Positions 19,010-30,230 of a DNA stretch of 64,000 bases are shown here, one piece after another. The notes below the pieces were generated by a model. It was not told where the DNA came from. It was given only the letters and a program-made list of their open reading frames with translations, and did not search any database. Position 1 is the first letter of the stretch. Every line of letters starts with the position of its first letter. The stretch comes from Candidatus Dormiibacterota bacterium (GTDB lineage Bacteria > Chloroflexota > Dormibacteria > Aeolococcales > Aeolococcaceae). Location: contig OY970355.1 of the NCBI GenBank assembly GCA_963718525.1, forward strand, positions 1,408,001 through 1,472,000, written 5' to 3'. The position numbers were made by a program, and so were the translations under genes.

Positions 19010-19028
19010 GAACTCCTCCGGGGACGCG

Positions 19029-19514
19029 ATGCCTGCACGACCGCGACTCGTGGCCGTGTGCGGCGCCTCGCAGGCCGGCGACGACGATCGCAGCGACGCA
19101 GCGGCTGTGGGCCGGCTCCTGGCGGAGCGTGGATTTCTCGTTGTGTGTGGTGGTGGCACGGGTGTGGCGACCGCAGTCGCTGCCGCCGTGCACGCGTCCG
19201 GAGGCACTTGCATCGGTTTGCTTCCCGGCGACGCACCCGAGGACGCGGCGTCAGGCGTGACCATCCCGATCGCCACCGGTGTGGGCCACGTGCGCAACGC
19301 CTTGATCGCGCGATCGTGTGACGCGCTCATCGCCATCGGCGGGGGATACGGCACGCTCAGCGAGATTGCATTCGGGCTCATCCTGGGCAAGCCGGTGGTC
19401 GCGCTCAACAGCTGGCGCATCAGCCCGCCCGGCGAGCTCGAATCCGATGCCACGGTGCACCCTGCGTCCACGCCGGAGGAAGCGGTCGAGTGGGTCGAGC
19501 GGCGGCTCGCCTGA
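19029..19514 (+). CDS. TIGR00725/LOG-SLOG family protein
   Basis: VCGG.TGV, IGLLPG, TGVGHVRN, GGGYGTLSE. Confidence 0.88.
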   Translation: MPARPRLVAVCGASQAGDDDRSDAAAVGRLLAERGFLVVCGGGTGVATAVAAAVHASGGTCIGLLPGDAPEDAASGVTIPIATGVGHVRNALIARSCDALIAIGGGYGTLSEIAFGLILGKPVVALNSWRISPPGELESDATVHPASTPEEAVEWVERRLA

Positions 19515-20922
19515 TCAGCCGTCGATGACAGCCTTGACGGCGTCGCGGACGATCTGCAGCGCGGAGGCGTCGTCGGTGAAGACGCGAATCACCTGGTTGT
19601 GCTGGGGTAGGCGAGCCACCAGCTCCGCAGCTCGCGCGGCCTCGATGGTGTCATTGAGCGGGTCGTAGATCCTGACCATGCCGTCATCGGTCATCGGATT
19701 CTGCGGTGCGATGCGTGCGATGGCGACATCGACTTCGACCCGCGCGCCCAGCGCCTTGGACGCGAGCTGCTTGTTGAGCCGTTCCTGCAGCGAGGACGTG
19801 TCCATCCCCATGTGGACGACGCTTTCGTAGGCGAGGTGCCACGGCAGGTCGCGTGCGGCGATGCGTGCCCACGCCTCTGCGAGACGGCGGCGTTCGCTGC
19901 CCGGCGGGTCTCGCAGCCAGCGCTGCACGGCCACGAGCATCGACCAGTCGTTGAGCTGCTCGTACTCGTCGAGATGCTCGAGGGGATTGCCATGCAGGAG
20001 CTGCGCAATGGTGTCGGCGAAGACCTCGCGCATCGACAGGTCGAACCGGCGCCCGGTCCGGTGGTGATAGACCTGCAGGTACATGTAGAGACGCGACGCG
20101 AGGAACATCTCGAGCGCACCGGCCGCGTGCGCGTGCAGCACGATGCTGTCGCCGCTGACGAATGTGTAGTGGATGATGCGTTGCACCTCCACAGCGCCGA
20201 GGCTGATGCCGCACATGTATGCGTCGCGCGGGACGTAATCGAGGTTGTCCACCGTTGCGGGACCGCAGAGAATCGGTTTCAAGGCACGCAGCCATCCGGG
20301 AGGCGAGTAGCCGTCGATGTCAGCGTCGGCCATCACCCAGGCAACCCACATCGGGTCGATCTGCTCGCCGGCTGAGAATCGATCGGTGGGACTCTGCGCG
20401 GAGCGATGCGACGATGTCGGCAAGCTGGTGAGTCACCAGGTGGCGGCCGATCACCTCATGGTCGAGATGCCACTGCTCGAGGACCTCACGGTCGAAGAAA
20501 TGCCCGAACGGGCCATGGCCGACGTCGTGCAGCAGGCCGGCGATGCGGAGTGTCTCCTCCACCAGCGCGGGTGACGGAGCATCGGGGAACGCGACACGCA
20601 GCGAGGCGTCGACGCGTCGAGCGAACAGGCTCGCAAGGTGCATGGCGCCCAGGAGATGGGTGAATCGCGAATGCTCCGCGCTGGGGAACACCCACCATGC
20701 CGACTGGAGTTGGTGTACGCGGCGGAGGCGCTGCAACCAGACGGTGTCGAGGAGCTGACGCTCACTCGCCTCACCCGGCCGATCCTTGGTGATCTCTATG
20801 TAGCCATAGAGCGGATCGGCGATGAGGTTGACCTGACGGAAGCGCTCCGCCGCGCCGAGGGAGCTACTCGTCCTCGTCCTCGTCGTCGTCCTCTTCGTCA
20901 CCCTCTTCTTCGTCGTCGTCAT
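19515..20922 (-). CDS. HD-domain dNTP triphosphohydrolase-like protein (SAMHD1/YwfO-like), split by a frameshift near 20393
   Basis: 5' ORF has DPLYGYI, QRLRRVHQL, HSRFTH, LLHDVGHGPFGH. 3' ORF has DNLDYVPRD, R..MYLQVYHH. Removing one base joins them. Confidence 0.85.
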
Positions 20923-21137
20923 CGGCGAGCGATATGGGGTTCCAGCCGCGAAGGTCGGTCATCAAGGGTCTCCTGGAATGGCGATCTGCCGGAATCTCCG
21001 GTAGGGCAATTTTATACGCCATCGCCACTACGGGACGCCCCGACAGTGGTCAGGCGACCACATAGCAGATGTCACGAAGCGATGACCTCTGTCACAGCGG
21101 CGTGTCACGACGGGGATTCACTCCTACAATCGACCCG

Positions 21138-24100
21138 GTGCGCCGCACGTTCCTGTACTCGTCCGCATTGGTCGCCGCACTGACAGTTGTGTCGTCGGCG
21201 ACATCTGTGCTCGCAGCGTACGCACAACCTCACGCGCTCACAGCGACTTCACAGCACGTTCTTCGTCAAACGCACGCGCACACGCTCGCCGCGACCACGG
21301 TCGCTGCCGGGAGCGTCCCATCACAGTTGCAGAAGCAGGCGGGGCTCAGCGAGCTGGCTGCCATTGCTGCTGCAGGATCAGGCAATGCCGCCGTGACCAC
21401 TCCGGCCGACCCGAGCATCGCCGTCGGCCCGAACAACATTGTTGAGGCGGTGAACAGCGCGCTGCAGATCACCACCCGCGCCGGCGCCGCGCTGGGGGCT
21501 CCGATGAACATCAGCGCGATGATCAGGAACACGTCGACGTGGGACGTGCGCTACCCACGCGTGGTGTACGACCCGGTGTCGGGTCTGTTCATCCTGATGG
21601 TGCTGCAGTTCAATCCGTCGGGATGTGGCAGTCAGGTGGCGGTGATGGTGTCGCAGGCCAACCCCGCGCTGGCTTGGACGTCACACGGCACGATCAACCT
21701 CGATCCTGAGCTCGGCGGCGGCCTGCAACTCTCGAACGTCTCGCTCGCCCTCACTGCGAACCTCGTCGTCGAGTTCGAGTGACTACGCGAGCTGCTCCAC
21801 GGGACTTGCCATAGCGAGCCAGACCATGATCATTCAGCGATCGGATCTCGTCAGCGGCGCGCTCGGCGTCAACAGTTACGTCTTCATGGTCCCCGGCCCG
21901 ATCGGGTTGCTACCCGCGATGGGGGTGAACGCGCAATCCGTCGCGTACGAGGTTGCGAACGACGCGAACTGCACGACGGTTGCCTCAGGGAGTGTCGCCG
22001 TCTTCGCCATCACGGGAACGCCCGAGGCCAAGAACGTTGCGCACACGTGCGCTGCGGTGGCATCGGCGGTGACCAGCGTCCCGCCCCCCGCTGCGCAGAT
22101 GGGCACCGCCGCCACGCTGAGCACCGGGAACGATCGTTTCCTCACCGCGTTCTGGCAGAGCAACACGCTCTGGGTCGCGGGTAACACCGGATGCAACCCC
22201 GGGAGCGGCATCGTGTCATGCCTCAACGTGATGTCGATCGCCGCGTCGTCCACCGGGACGGTGGGATCGCCGACGCAATTCCCAGCGCAGGGCGTCAACG
22301 GTGCATATCTGTTTGATCCCGCAATTGCGCTCAACTCTTCAGGCGACGCGATCCTGACGTTTGACGAGTTGTCGAGCACGGCGTTCGAGGCGGTGATGGT
22401 CGCGGCGATCACCGGCGGCGTCTGGAGCACGTTCACCACCCTGCACCCGAGCACGACCTTCTACAGCCCCGGCGCATGCACGAGCTGCGCGTGGGGCGAT
22501 TACTCAGCGGCCGTCCAGGATCCGTCGCATCCCACCGATGTGTGGGTGCTCGCCGAGGAGACCGACGGCAACACCGGCACCAGCTGCGCGAGCGCGAACA
22601 CGTGCTGGAACACGTACATCGGCCGCTACACGTTTGCGGGTCCAACGATCTCGTCGCTCTCCCCGTCCGCCGGGCCGGCGACGGGCGGAGAGCTCGTGAC
22701 CGTCAGCGGCTCTGATTTCGCGGCGGATAGTACCCTCACCTTCAACGGCGCGCCGGTCACGCCGATCGGGTCGCTGACACCGGACTCATTCACGTTCACG
22801 ACGCCTCCAGGTTCGTCGGGCCTGGTGCAGGCGCAGGTCCACGACTCACTCGGCACCAGCCCAACTGGCGTCGGCTCGGGATACATCTACGTGGGCCTTG
22901 CGAACTACGTGGCCCTCAATCCGTTCCGGATTCTCGACACGCGAACCGGAACCTGCGTCCAGTGCACGGCCGATCCGACCTTCGGCCAGGGCGTGACCGA
23001 GAAGGTGCAGCTGACCGGCGTGACGATCGGGGGCGTTGCCGATCCGATTCCCACCAACGCGACAGCGGTGGTGCTCAACGTGACTGAGGTCCTCGGTACG
23101 GGCAACAGCCTGTTGACCGTCTGGCCGTACGGCACCGGCATGCCCAAGACGTCCAACCTGAATTTCGCGCCCGGCAAGGTCATCGCCAACCTGGTCACCG
23201 TCACGCTCGGCCAGGGTGGCGCGGTCAACTTCTTCAACTCCGTCGGAACGGTGAACGTCCTCGCTGACGTCGAGGGATACTTCGAGCCCCAGGCGTCGAC
23301 CGTGGTGACCGGCGAGTTCCACCCCATCGCCCCGGTTCGGGTGTGCGACACCCGGACCGGTTCACTGACGCCGGCCTGCAAGGCGCACGGCGCGCTCGGG
23401 CCGGGCGCCGCAATGCTCGTCAATGTGACCGGCATCGGGTCCAATCCAATTCCCGGGAACGGGACCGCGGCGGCGGCGGTGGTCAATCTGACCGGCGTGG
23501 TCGGCTCCGTCGGCACGTATCTGAGCCTCAGTCCGACCAATCCGAACGGACAGTGTCCCTACAGCGGTGCCAACGCACCGAAGTTCTCGACCATCAATCT
23601 CTCGGCCGGGTTGGTGGCGGCCAACCGGGTGATGGTTGCGCTCGGTCCGACCACGACAGGCGGGCCTGACACATCGCTCTGCGTCTACAACTCCGCCGGC
23701 GTCATCAACGTCCTCATCGACGCGGGTGGCTGGTTCGGGACCAACACGGCAGCCGCAGGTGCGCAATACCAGGGAATCCAGCCAACACGCATCTGCGACA
23801 CGCGGTCTGGAGGCTCGGTCTGTCCGGGCGCGCTGGGAGCGGGTGCCAAGGGCCTCATCGGGGTGGCGGGGCACGGCGGAGTGCCGGCGATCGGATCCGG
23901 GATCACCGCGGTGGCAGTCATCGCAAACCTCACGGCCATCAACCCGACCGTGGGTACGTATTTGATCGTGTACCCCGCAAATCTGACGACCCCCCCTGGC
24001 GCTTCGGACCTCAACGTGAATGCGGGGGAGGTGTTGCCCAACCTGACCGTGGTGCAACTCGACCCGGCCACCGGCGCCAATCAGGGGGACATCTACCTGT

Positions 24101-24156
24101 TCAACGCCGCGGGCAGCGTCAACGCAATCGTGGACATCGAGGGCTGGTTCCAGTAA
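21138..24156 (+). CDS. Large secreted protein with IPT/TIG domain and three C-terminal PxRxxDTR repeats, split by a frameshift near 21775
   Basis: Signal peptide, PADPSIAVGP and WGDYS motifs, IPT (PTISSLSPSAGPATGG..VTVSGSDF), three repeats starting P.R..DTR and ending D..G(W/Y)F. Frames join at GAG-T-TCG-AGT-GAC. Confidence 0.75.
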
Positions 24157-24254
24157 TCGCCTGAGTCCGGTGCCGCAGCGTCACCGACCGGCGAACTCGA
24201 TCGTTGCGACCCCGTGACGGCAACGTCAGAGGACGTCTGGCAGTCTGGGCCGGC

Positions 24255-26054
24255 ATGCATACGTCCTTCCATCGGCTCGCGCTTGCCGCGGTGCTCGCTG
24301 GATCCGCGAGCTTCGCTCCCCTCCTGGGCGTTGGAGCTGCGGCCCCGTTCACACCGGTACCAGCCGCACCTCTTGCCGCTGTGAGCAGCATCGGGGCAGT
24401 GGTCGCATTGACTGCCTCTGTGAGCGCCCCGGCACCGCCAACGCAACTCGGCAGCCCGCCTCCGGCGGCGCCGACGGTGACCCACGGCATGCTCGCTGCC
24501 GAGAACTCGGGCACCGGTAACTATGGCCAGCCGCTGATCAGCGGTTGCACCTGGGCAACCTGGGTGACCAACTGTCAGAACCTCACCGCATATGGCAACG
24601 GATCGTCGTTCGACGACGTGGGCTGTGGCACCCCGAACGGTTGCAAGTTCGGCTCCGAATTTCAGTGCTCCGAACTCGCACAGCGCTATGCGTACTACGC
24701 GTGGGGCGAGCCCGCGACCTGGAGTGGCGCGGCATACACCATGTGGGCGGCGGGACCGAATCTGCCGATCCCGCTCCAGCAGTTCGCCAACGGTGCGGGC
24801 GTGGCTCCGATGCAGGGCGACCTCATGATCTTCGGGCCCGGGTGGCTCGGCAACTACTGGGATGGGTCTGGTCACGTGGCCATCGTGCGAGACGTGGGGC
24901 CGGGCTATGTCGACGTTGTCGAGCAGAACGCAACCGCCTCCGGCACAGATCGCTTCGCGCTGAGCGGTTCCCTGGTCACCGCCAACGGGTACACGCCGAT
25001 CATCGGCTGGCTGCGCCAGACCGAGCAGGCGCCCGCCGAGCTGACGGTGACCAGTGTCGCCGGGACCCCGAAGAGCGTTTCAGATCAGCCCGGAGACATC
25101 GATGTCATCTGGCGCGGCACCGATGCGAAGCTCCATGACATCGCGTATCGCAGCGAAGCCTGGCAGTCGCAGTCGATGGCGGCGATCAGCGCAGCCAACG
25201 TCGCGTCGGACCCTGCGGTGGTCTCGCCGGTCGCAGGGCAGGTTGACGCGTTCTGGGCGGACGCATCAGGCAACCTCTGGCAGGTTCAGTCGCAGAGCGG
25301 CTTCTTCGGCTCAGAGACGTGGTCGCCACCCGTGGAGCTCCAGGCGGGCGCGCTTGCGCCGGGGTCGGCTCCAACTGCCGTGAGTCAGGCTCAGGGCGAC
25401 ATGCAGGTCATCTGGAAGGCGACAGACGGGCAGCTGTGGGTGGACACCTTCAACGGCACCTGGTCGGGCGCAGCGCCGCTCAACTCGGGCGCGGTCCTGG
25501 GAAATCCTGACGCGGTGGCCACCGCCAACGGCACCGTCGGAGTGGTGTGGCGCGATGCCGCAGGCAATCTCTGGAGTGATCTCGGCACGTCCTTTGGGTG
25601 GTTCGGCGCCCATCAGGTCGGCACTGGCGGACTGGCGAACGATCCCACCGTGGTCACCGCCGGCTCAGGCACTGTCGACGCCGTCTGGCGAACCGCAGCG
25701 GGCTCGGTCTGGGCCGCGGGAGTGACGGCTAATGGCGGACCCGCCCAGGTTGAGGTCAGTTCCGCGGTGAGCATGGGGCGGCCGGCAGCGGCGGGAACAG
25801 CGGCGAGTGCGGTCACCGTGGTGATGCAGCGCGCCAACGGGAGCCTCGCCGCCGCCATCTACGACCCGATCAACGGATGGGTCGGACCGGAGCAGCTCAA
25901 CCAGGTCACCGCGAGCTCGATGCTCTCGGCGGTGAGCTGGTATGGGAACGCCGTCGCAGCCTTCTGGCAGGGAACCGGCGGCAGCCTCTGGTGGTCGCCC
26001 GCGTGTGACGGCTGCGCCGCGCACCCGCCGCCGGTCTATAACCCGGCCGCTTAG
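24255..26054 (+). CDS. Secreted CHAP amidase with C-terminal Trp-rich beta-propeller (PLL/fucose-lectin-like) repeats
   Basis: Signal peptide. CHAP motifs FQCSELAQRY, GHVAIV, VVEQN. About 7 repeats of P..V....G..D..W...G.LW. Confidence 0.78.
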   Translation: MHTSFHRLALAAVLAGSASFAPLLGVGAAAPFTPVPAAPLAAVSSIGAVVALTASVSAPAPPTQLGSPPPAAPTVTHGMLAAENSGTGNYGQPLISGCTWATWVTNCQNLTAYGNGSSFDDVGCGTPNGCKFGSEFQCSELAQRYAYYAWGEPATWSGAAYTMWAAGPNLPIPLQQFANGAGVAPMQGDLMIFGPGWLGNYWDGSGHVAIVRDVGPGYVDVVEQNATASGTDRFALSGSLVTANGYTPIIGWLRQTEQAPAELTVTSVAGTPKSVSDQPGDIDVIWRGTDAKLHDIAYRSEAWQSQSMAAISAANVASDPAVVSPVAGQVDAFWADASGNLWQVQSQSGFFGSETWSPPVELQAGALAPGSAPTAVSQAQGDMQVIWKATDGQLWVDTFNGTWSGAAPLNSGAVLGNPDAVATANGTVGVVWRDAAGNLWSDLGTSFGWFGAHQVGTGGLANDPTVVTAGSGTVDAVWRTAAGSVWAAGVTANGGPAQVEVSSAVSMGRPAAAGTAASAVTVVMQRANGSLAAAIYDPINGWVGPEQLNQVTASSMLSAVSWYGNAVAAFWQGTGGSLWWSPACDGCAAHPPPVYNPAA

Positions 26055-26109
26055 CGCTCACCACAGGGCCGCGCAGCGGCGGCTGGTCGGCGGAGGCGAT
26101 GATCCCCGG

Positions 26110-27775
26110 GTGACCACGCTGTCTGAACTGGCAACCACCGGCGACGCCATCGCCGGGACATCGTCGAAGTCCGAGAAGGTGCGCCTGCTTGGTCAGTTCC
26201 TGGCCACGACCGATGCGGACGAGCTGGCGCATGCGGTGCGGTACTTCGGGGGGAGCATCTTTCCTGCGGGCGACCAGCGCACCCTCCAGGTGGGCGGGGC
26301 GGCGTTCTCGACGGTGCTCCGCCACGTGAGTGGAGCAGACGATGCGGCCATCCGAGCGGCGTGGCGGCGCCATTCCGACGCGGGCGATGTCACCGGCGAC
26401 CTGCTGTCACGCATCGAGGGCCGCGAGGTCAAGCAGATTTCGCTCCGCGAGCTCGACGCGGCGTTCGCGGAGATTGCGAGTGCGCGCGTGGCACGCAACC
26501 GCACCGCCCTGCTCAGCGCGCTGCTCGGACGTGTGAGCCCGGATGAAGCCCGCTACATCGCCAAGCTGATCACCGGCGAGTTGCGCGTCGGCCTCCGTGA
26601 AGGGCTCGTCGAGGAGGCGATCGCCATCGCATTCGGCGCGCCGCCCGCCGCGGTGGGCCGTGCCATCATGCTCACCGGTGATCTCGGAGAAGCGGCGCGT
26701 CTCGCCAGAGAAGGACGTCTCGACGACGCCGCGCCGCGCTGGTTCGTTCCACTCCGGTCGATGCTTGCGACGCCGGTCGCCGACGCCGCTGAGGCTGTGG
26801 CTCGAACTCGGTGAGGACGTCTGGGTTGAAGACAAGTATGACGGAATCAGGTGCCAGCTCCATCGTCGCGGCGCCCAGGTGGCGCTGTACAGCCGCGACC
26901 TGAAGAATATCTCGGCACAGTTCCCGGAGATCACCGATGCTGCCGTGCGGCTCCACGCTGACGTGATGCTGGATGGCGAGATCCTCGCGTTTCACGACGG
27001 GCGGGTGATGCCGTTCCACGCGCTCCAGACACGGCTCGGTCGAGTCTCGCCCGACGCCGAGGTGATGGCCGCGGTCCCGGTGATCTACGTGGCGTGGGAC
27101 GTGCTGGTGGTGAATGACCACGTCTTGATCGATCTCCCGCTGCGCGAACGGCGCTCCCGGCTCGAGGCGCTCGCGGTGCTGCATCCCCTCGCGCTCGCCC
27201 ACCTCGAGCGCGTCCACGGCGAAGCCGAGATCGACCGCCGCTTTGCCGATGCGCGCGCCCGGTTGAACGAGGGGCTGCTCCTGAAGCAACCCGAGTCGCC
27301 GTACACCCCCGGGCGTCGTGGATTGAACTGGCTCAAGCTCAAGCGACCGCTCGACACACTCGACGTGGTGGTCGTCGGCGCGGAATGGGGGCACGGCAAG
27401 CGGCGTGGCGTGCTCAGTGACGTCACCTTCGCGGTGCGTGTCGACGGCAGCGATGACCTCGCGACCATCGGCAAGGCGTACACCGGGCTCACCGACACCG
27501 AGATCGCGGAGATGACGGCATTGCTGCTCGACATCACGGTTGCGGATCACGGCCACTACCGCACCGTGCAGCCGCGCATCGTTCTCGAGATTGCGTTCGA
27601 CGCGGTGCAATCGTCGTCACGGCACAGGTCAGGCTTCGCTTTGCGCTTTCCCCGCATCGCGCGCTGGCGTCACGACAAGGCTCCTGCCGATATCGACACG
27701 CTGTCGCGGGTCCGCGACCTTGCCATGGCGATCGAGCACGAGCGCGTCCAGCTCGTCGACCAGACCGGCGCCTGA
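26110..27775 (+). CDS. ligB: ATP-dependent DNA ligase (LigB type), split by a frameshift near 26805
   Basis: N-terminal domain with LRVGL..GLVEEA. Catalytic motifs EDKYDGIR, LDGE, EGLLLK, WLKLK, ALRFPR. One extra A in GCTCGAACTCGGT. Confidence 0.9.
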
Positions 27776-28321
27776 TCAGCTTCCCTTGAGAAACGCTCCA
27801 AAGAGCTCCGGCGTGTCCACGGCGGGGTCACCGACCTGAGCGAAGGCGTCGAATCGTGCGCGCAGTGCCGCGTACTGCTGCACCAACGCCCTGTCGTCAT
27901 ACGCCTCCATGGGATCCCAGGGATGGAGGTAGTGCACCTCGCTGATCCCCGCCTGCAACATCTCCTTGAGGCAGCCGAAGCATGGTTGGGTGGTGGTGGT
28001 CATCGACGCACCCAGCGTCTGCTGCCCGAATCGGGCCGCGGTGAGCAGCGCGTTCTGCTCGGCGTGCACGCAGATGCAGATGTCATACGCCCCGCCACGA
28101 AGTCCGTCGTCATCGCGCCGGGAGCATCGGTGGCAGCCGCCGTCAGAACAGTTCGGCATGCCGAAGGGCGTGCCGTTGTACCCGGTGCTGAGGACTCGAG
28201 CGTCACGGGTGATCACGGCGCCGACTCTGCGTCCCAGGCAATCGGCACGCGTGCGGGCGGCGAGTGCGATCAGCAGGAAGTACTGATCCTTGCTCGGGCG
28301 GTGCGGCGCTGGGGCGCTCAT
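27776..28321 (-). CDS. dCMP deaminase (ComEB family)
   Basis: TGYNG, HAEQNA and PCFGC zinc motifs. Confidence 0.93.
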   Translation of the reverse strand: MSAPAPHRPSKDQYFLLIALAARTRADCLGRRVGAVITRDARVLSTGYNGTPFGMPNCSDGGCHRCSRRDDDGLRGGAYDICICVHAEQNALLTAARFGQQTLGASMTTTTQPCFGCLKEMLQAGISEVHYLHPWDPMEAYDDRALVQQYAALRARFDAFAQVGDPAVDTPELFGAFLKGS

Positions 28322-28386
28322 ATCCCTATGGTGGCCGAGAGCGTCAGGTTCGTGCCGTGTGCCATCCGCGGGATAGAGTCGGGCCA

Positions 28387-28460
28387 GGGCGGGTAGCTCA
28401 GCCGGTTAGAGCAGGGGGCTCATAACCCCACGGTCCCAGGTTCGAATCCTGGCCCGCCCA
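28387..28460 (+). tRNA. tRNA with CAT anticodon, most likely tRNA-Ile2 (lysidine); elongator Met not excluded
   Basis: Acceptor GGGCGGG/CCCGCCC with A73, D-arm GCTC/GAGC, anticodon loop CTCATAA, T-arm CCAGG-TTCGAAT-CCTGG. CCA not encoded. G1-C72 pair excludes initiator. Confidence 0.92.
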
Positions 28461-28477
28461 CCCTCGCGCCCGGGACG

Positions 28478-28507
28478 AGAGCGGGACGCCGGACGCGCCC
28501 CGCTCTC
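28478..28507. terminator. Hairpin between the tRNA and the convergent phosphoesterase gene
   Basis: GAGAGCGGG ... CCCGCTCTC inverted repeat, no strong U-tract. Confidence 0.4.
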
Positions 28508-28526
28508 GAGGAGGATGAGGGTCGGA

Positions 28527-30056
28527 TCAGGCGACCGGCTCTCCCGTCGCCGGGTTGAGGATCAGACGGGCATCGATTGGATGGTTGAAGTTGAACATAC
28601 CGTCGATGCTGCCGGCCAGTGCATCGAATGAACCGCCACCGATGCGCGGCAGCGACCAGTTGTCTTCGATGAACCGCAGGATCGATGTCGTGTCGGTGAT
28701 CGCGTTGTCCACGGAATTGCTTCTTGCATATGGCGAGATCACGAGCAATGGAAGCCGCTGTCCGTAGCCGCAGCGATTCTCGAAACCGCCAAGCGGCGTC
28801 CCGTGACCGCAGTGGCCGGCGCCGCTGAGCGCATCCTCGGTGGAGGTTGACGAGTTGACGATCGGCGGCATCACCTGGTCATACCAGCCGTCTGAATCGT
28901 CGTAGGCGATGACGATCGCGGTGGACTTCCAGAACGGCGAATGCTCGATCGCATTGATTGTCTTGACGAGGTACGTCTGCTCGTCGAGCGGATCCGAGTA
29001 CCCGGCGTGCCCGTCCTGGTACCGCGGCGCCTTGACGAAGCTCACCGCGGGCAGGTTGCCGTCGGTGAGGCTCTTGTAGAAGTAGCTGAGGTCGTACTGG
29101 TGGTTCGCCTGTCCGTTGTGACCGACCTCGGCCTCATTCTTGGGCGGGAGGTGCGCTGGATTCGCGGTGCTCGCGTAGTACTGGAATGGATTGTGATGTG
29201 CGCTGTAGTCGGTCACCGCGGCACCGCCGACGTTGTTGTGGCTCGCGCCGCATACGGCCAACCCGCCGGAGGTCCCGGTGGGAGTGAAGCCGCCCTGGAA
29301 CCATCCCCACGTGACATGCCGGGCGTTGAGCTCGCTACCGATGTTGGTGCCGGACATCGCGACCGTCGTTCCGGCCGAGCACTGGTCGTACGTCGGATCG
29401 GCATCGCCGTAGATGGTCCCGTTGTCGGTGACGCCGGAGAGCACCGCGGGCGTCGCGCCATTGGTCTGGCCTGAGACGAGGTTGAGAACGCCCGGCGTCG
29501 AGGGTCCGAACGTCGTGTCGAAGTTGTTGTCGCTCATGGCGAAACGCTGCGCGTAGTTCCAGAGCGCGGTGACGGTGTTGCCGTCGTAATAGTCCATGAC
29601 CAGTCCCGGAGGTGCTGTGTCAGGTGCCGAGCATGTCTCGACCTGGGTGTACTGCGGGAACTTGTCCATGAGCCCGCCGTCCAGGGCCTGCTGCTCGGGC
29701 ATGTAGTCGTGATTCTGGTCGCACGTCAGGATATTGGCCGCACCGAGGCGGCTGGGGTTGACACCGTTCGGATTGGCGGTCAGCAGTTCCGCGGTCAGGC
29801 CATTGACCGCCGGAGTCCCGGGCTTGGCCTTGAAGCGCTGCCCGTCCGTGTTGGTCGCGTTCGGGTACGTGCCGAAGTAGTGGTCGAAGGAGACGTTCTC
29901 CTGAAAGAGCACGACGAGGTGTTTGATGGGCGACGTCGTCGTGGTGCCGCTTTGAACCGTCGGTGCGGCGTTCACAGATGACGCCGTGGCGAGCGTTGCG
30001 CTGGCAATCGTGGCCGAGCCCACCAGCGCCAGGGTGATCAATGGTCGTCTGGTCAT
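28527..30056 (-). CDS. Secreted phosphoesterase (phospholipase C/AcpA acid phosphatase family)
   Basis: Signal peptide, IKHLVVLFQENVSFDHYFG, GPSTPG, LPAVSFVK, YDDSDGWYD, G.RLPLLVISPY. Confidence 0.92.
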   Translation of the reverse strand: MTRRPLITLALVGSATIASATLATASSVNAAPTVQSGTTTTSPIKHLVVLFQENVSFDHYFGTYPNATNTDGQRFKAKPGTPAVNGLTAELLTANPNGVNPSRLGAANILTCDQNHDYMPEQQALDGGLMDKFPQYTQVETCSAPDTAPPGLVMDYYDGNTVTALWNYAQRFAMSDNNFDTTFGPSTPGVLNLVSGQTNGATPAVLSGVTDNGTIYGDADPTYDQCSAGTTVAMSGTNIGSELNARHVTWGWFQGGFTPTGTSGGLAVCGASHNNVGGAAVTDYSAHHNPFQYYASTANPAHLPPKNEAEVGHNGQANHQYDLSYFYKSLTDGNLPAVSFVKAPRYQDGHAGYSDPLDEQTYLVKTINAIEHSPFWKSTAIVIAYDDSDGWYDQVMPPIVNSSTSTEDALSGAGHCGHGTPLGGFENRCGYGQRLPLLVISPYARSNSVDNAITDTTSILRFIEDNWSLPRIGGGSFDALAGSIDGMFNFNHPIDARLILNPATGEPVA

Positions 30057-30230
30057 GTCTCCTCCTCGACGAACCCGGGGTCGTCTTCCTGACGGCCCAA
30101 GATGATCGGCTCGCAGTTAAGGACGTTCTGTGCAAGCGTTACGGAGTGGTAAATCCCGGCTAAGGACTGACGAACGCGGACCTGACGACGGTTGGTTGCA
30201 TCCGAGTGACGCTTTAGCTACGATTGGCCG

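Noticed and set aside
21780-21782. TGA as selenocysteine or readthrough codon
   Set aside because: The downstream coding sequence is in a different frame, so a one-base indel explains it.
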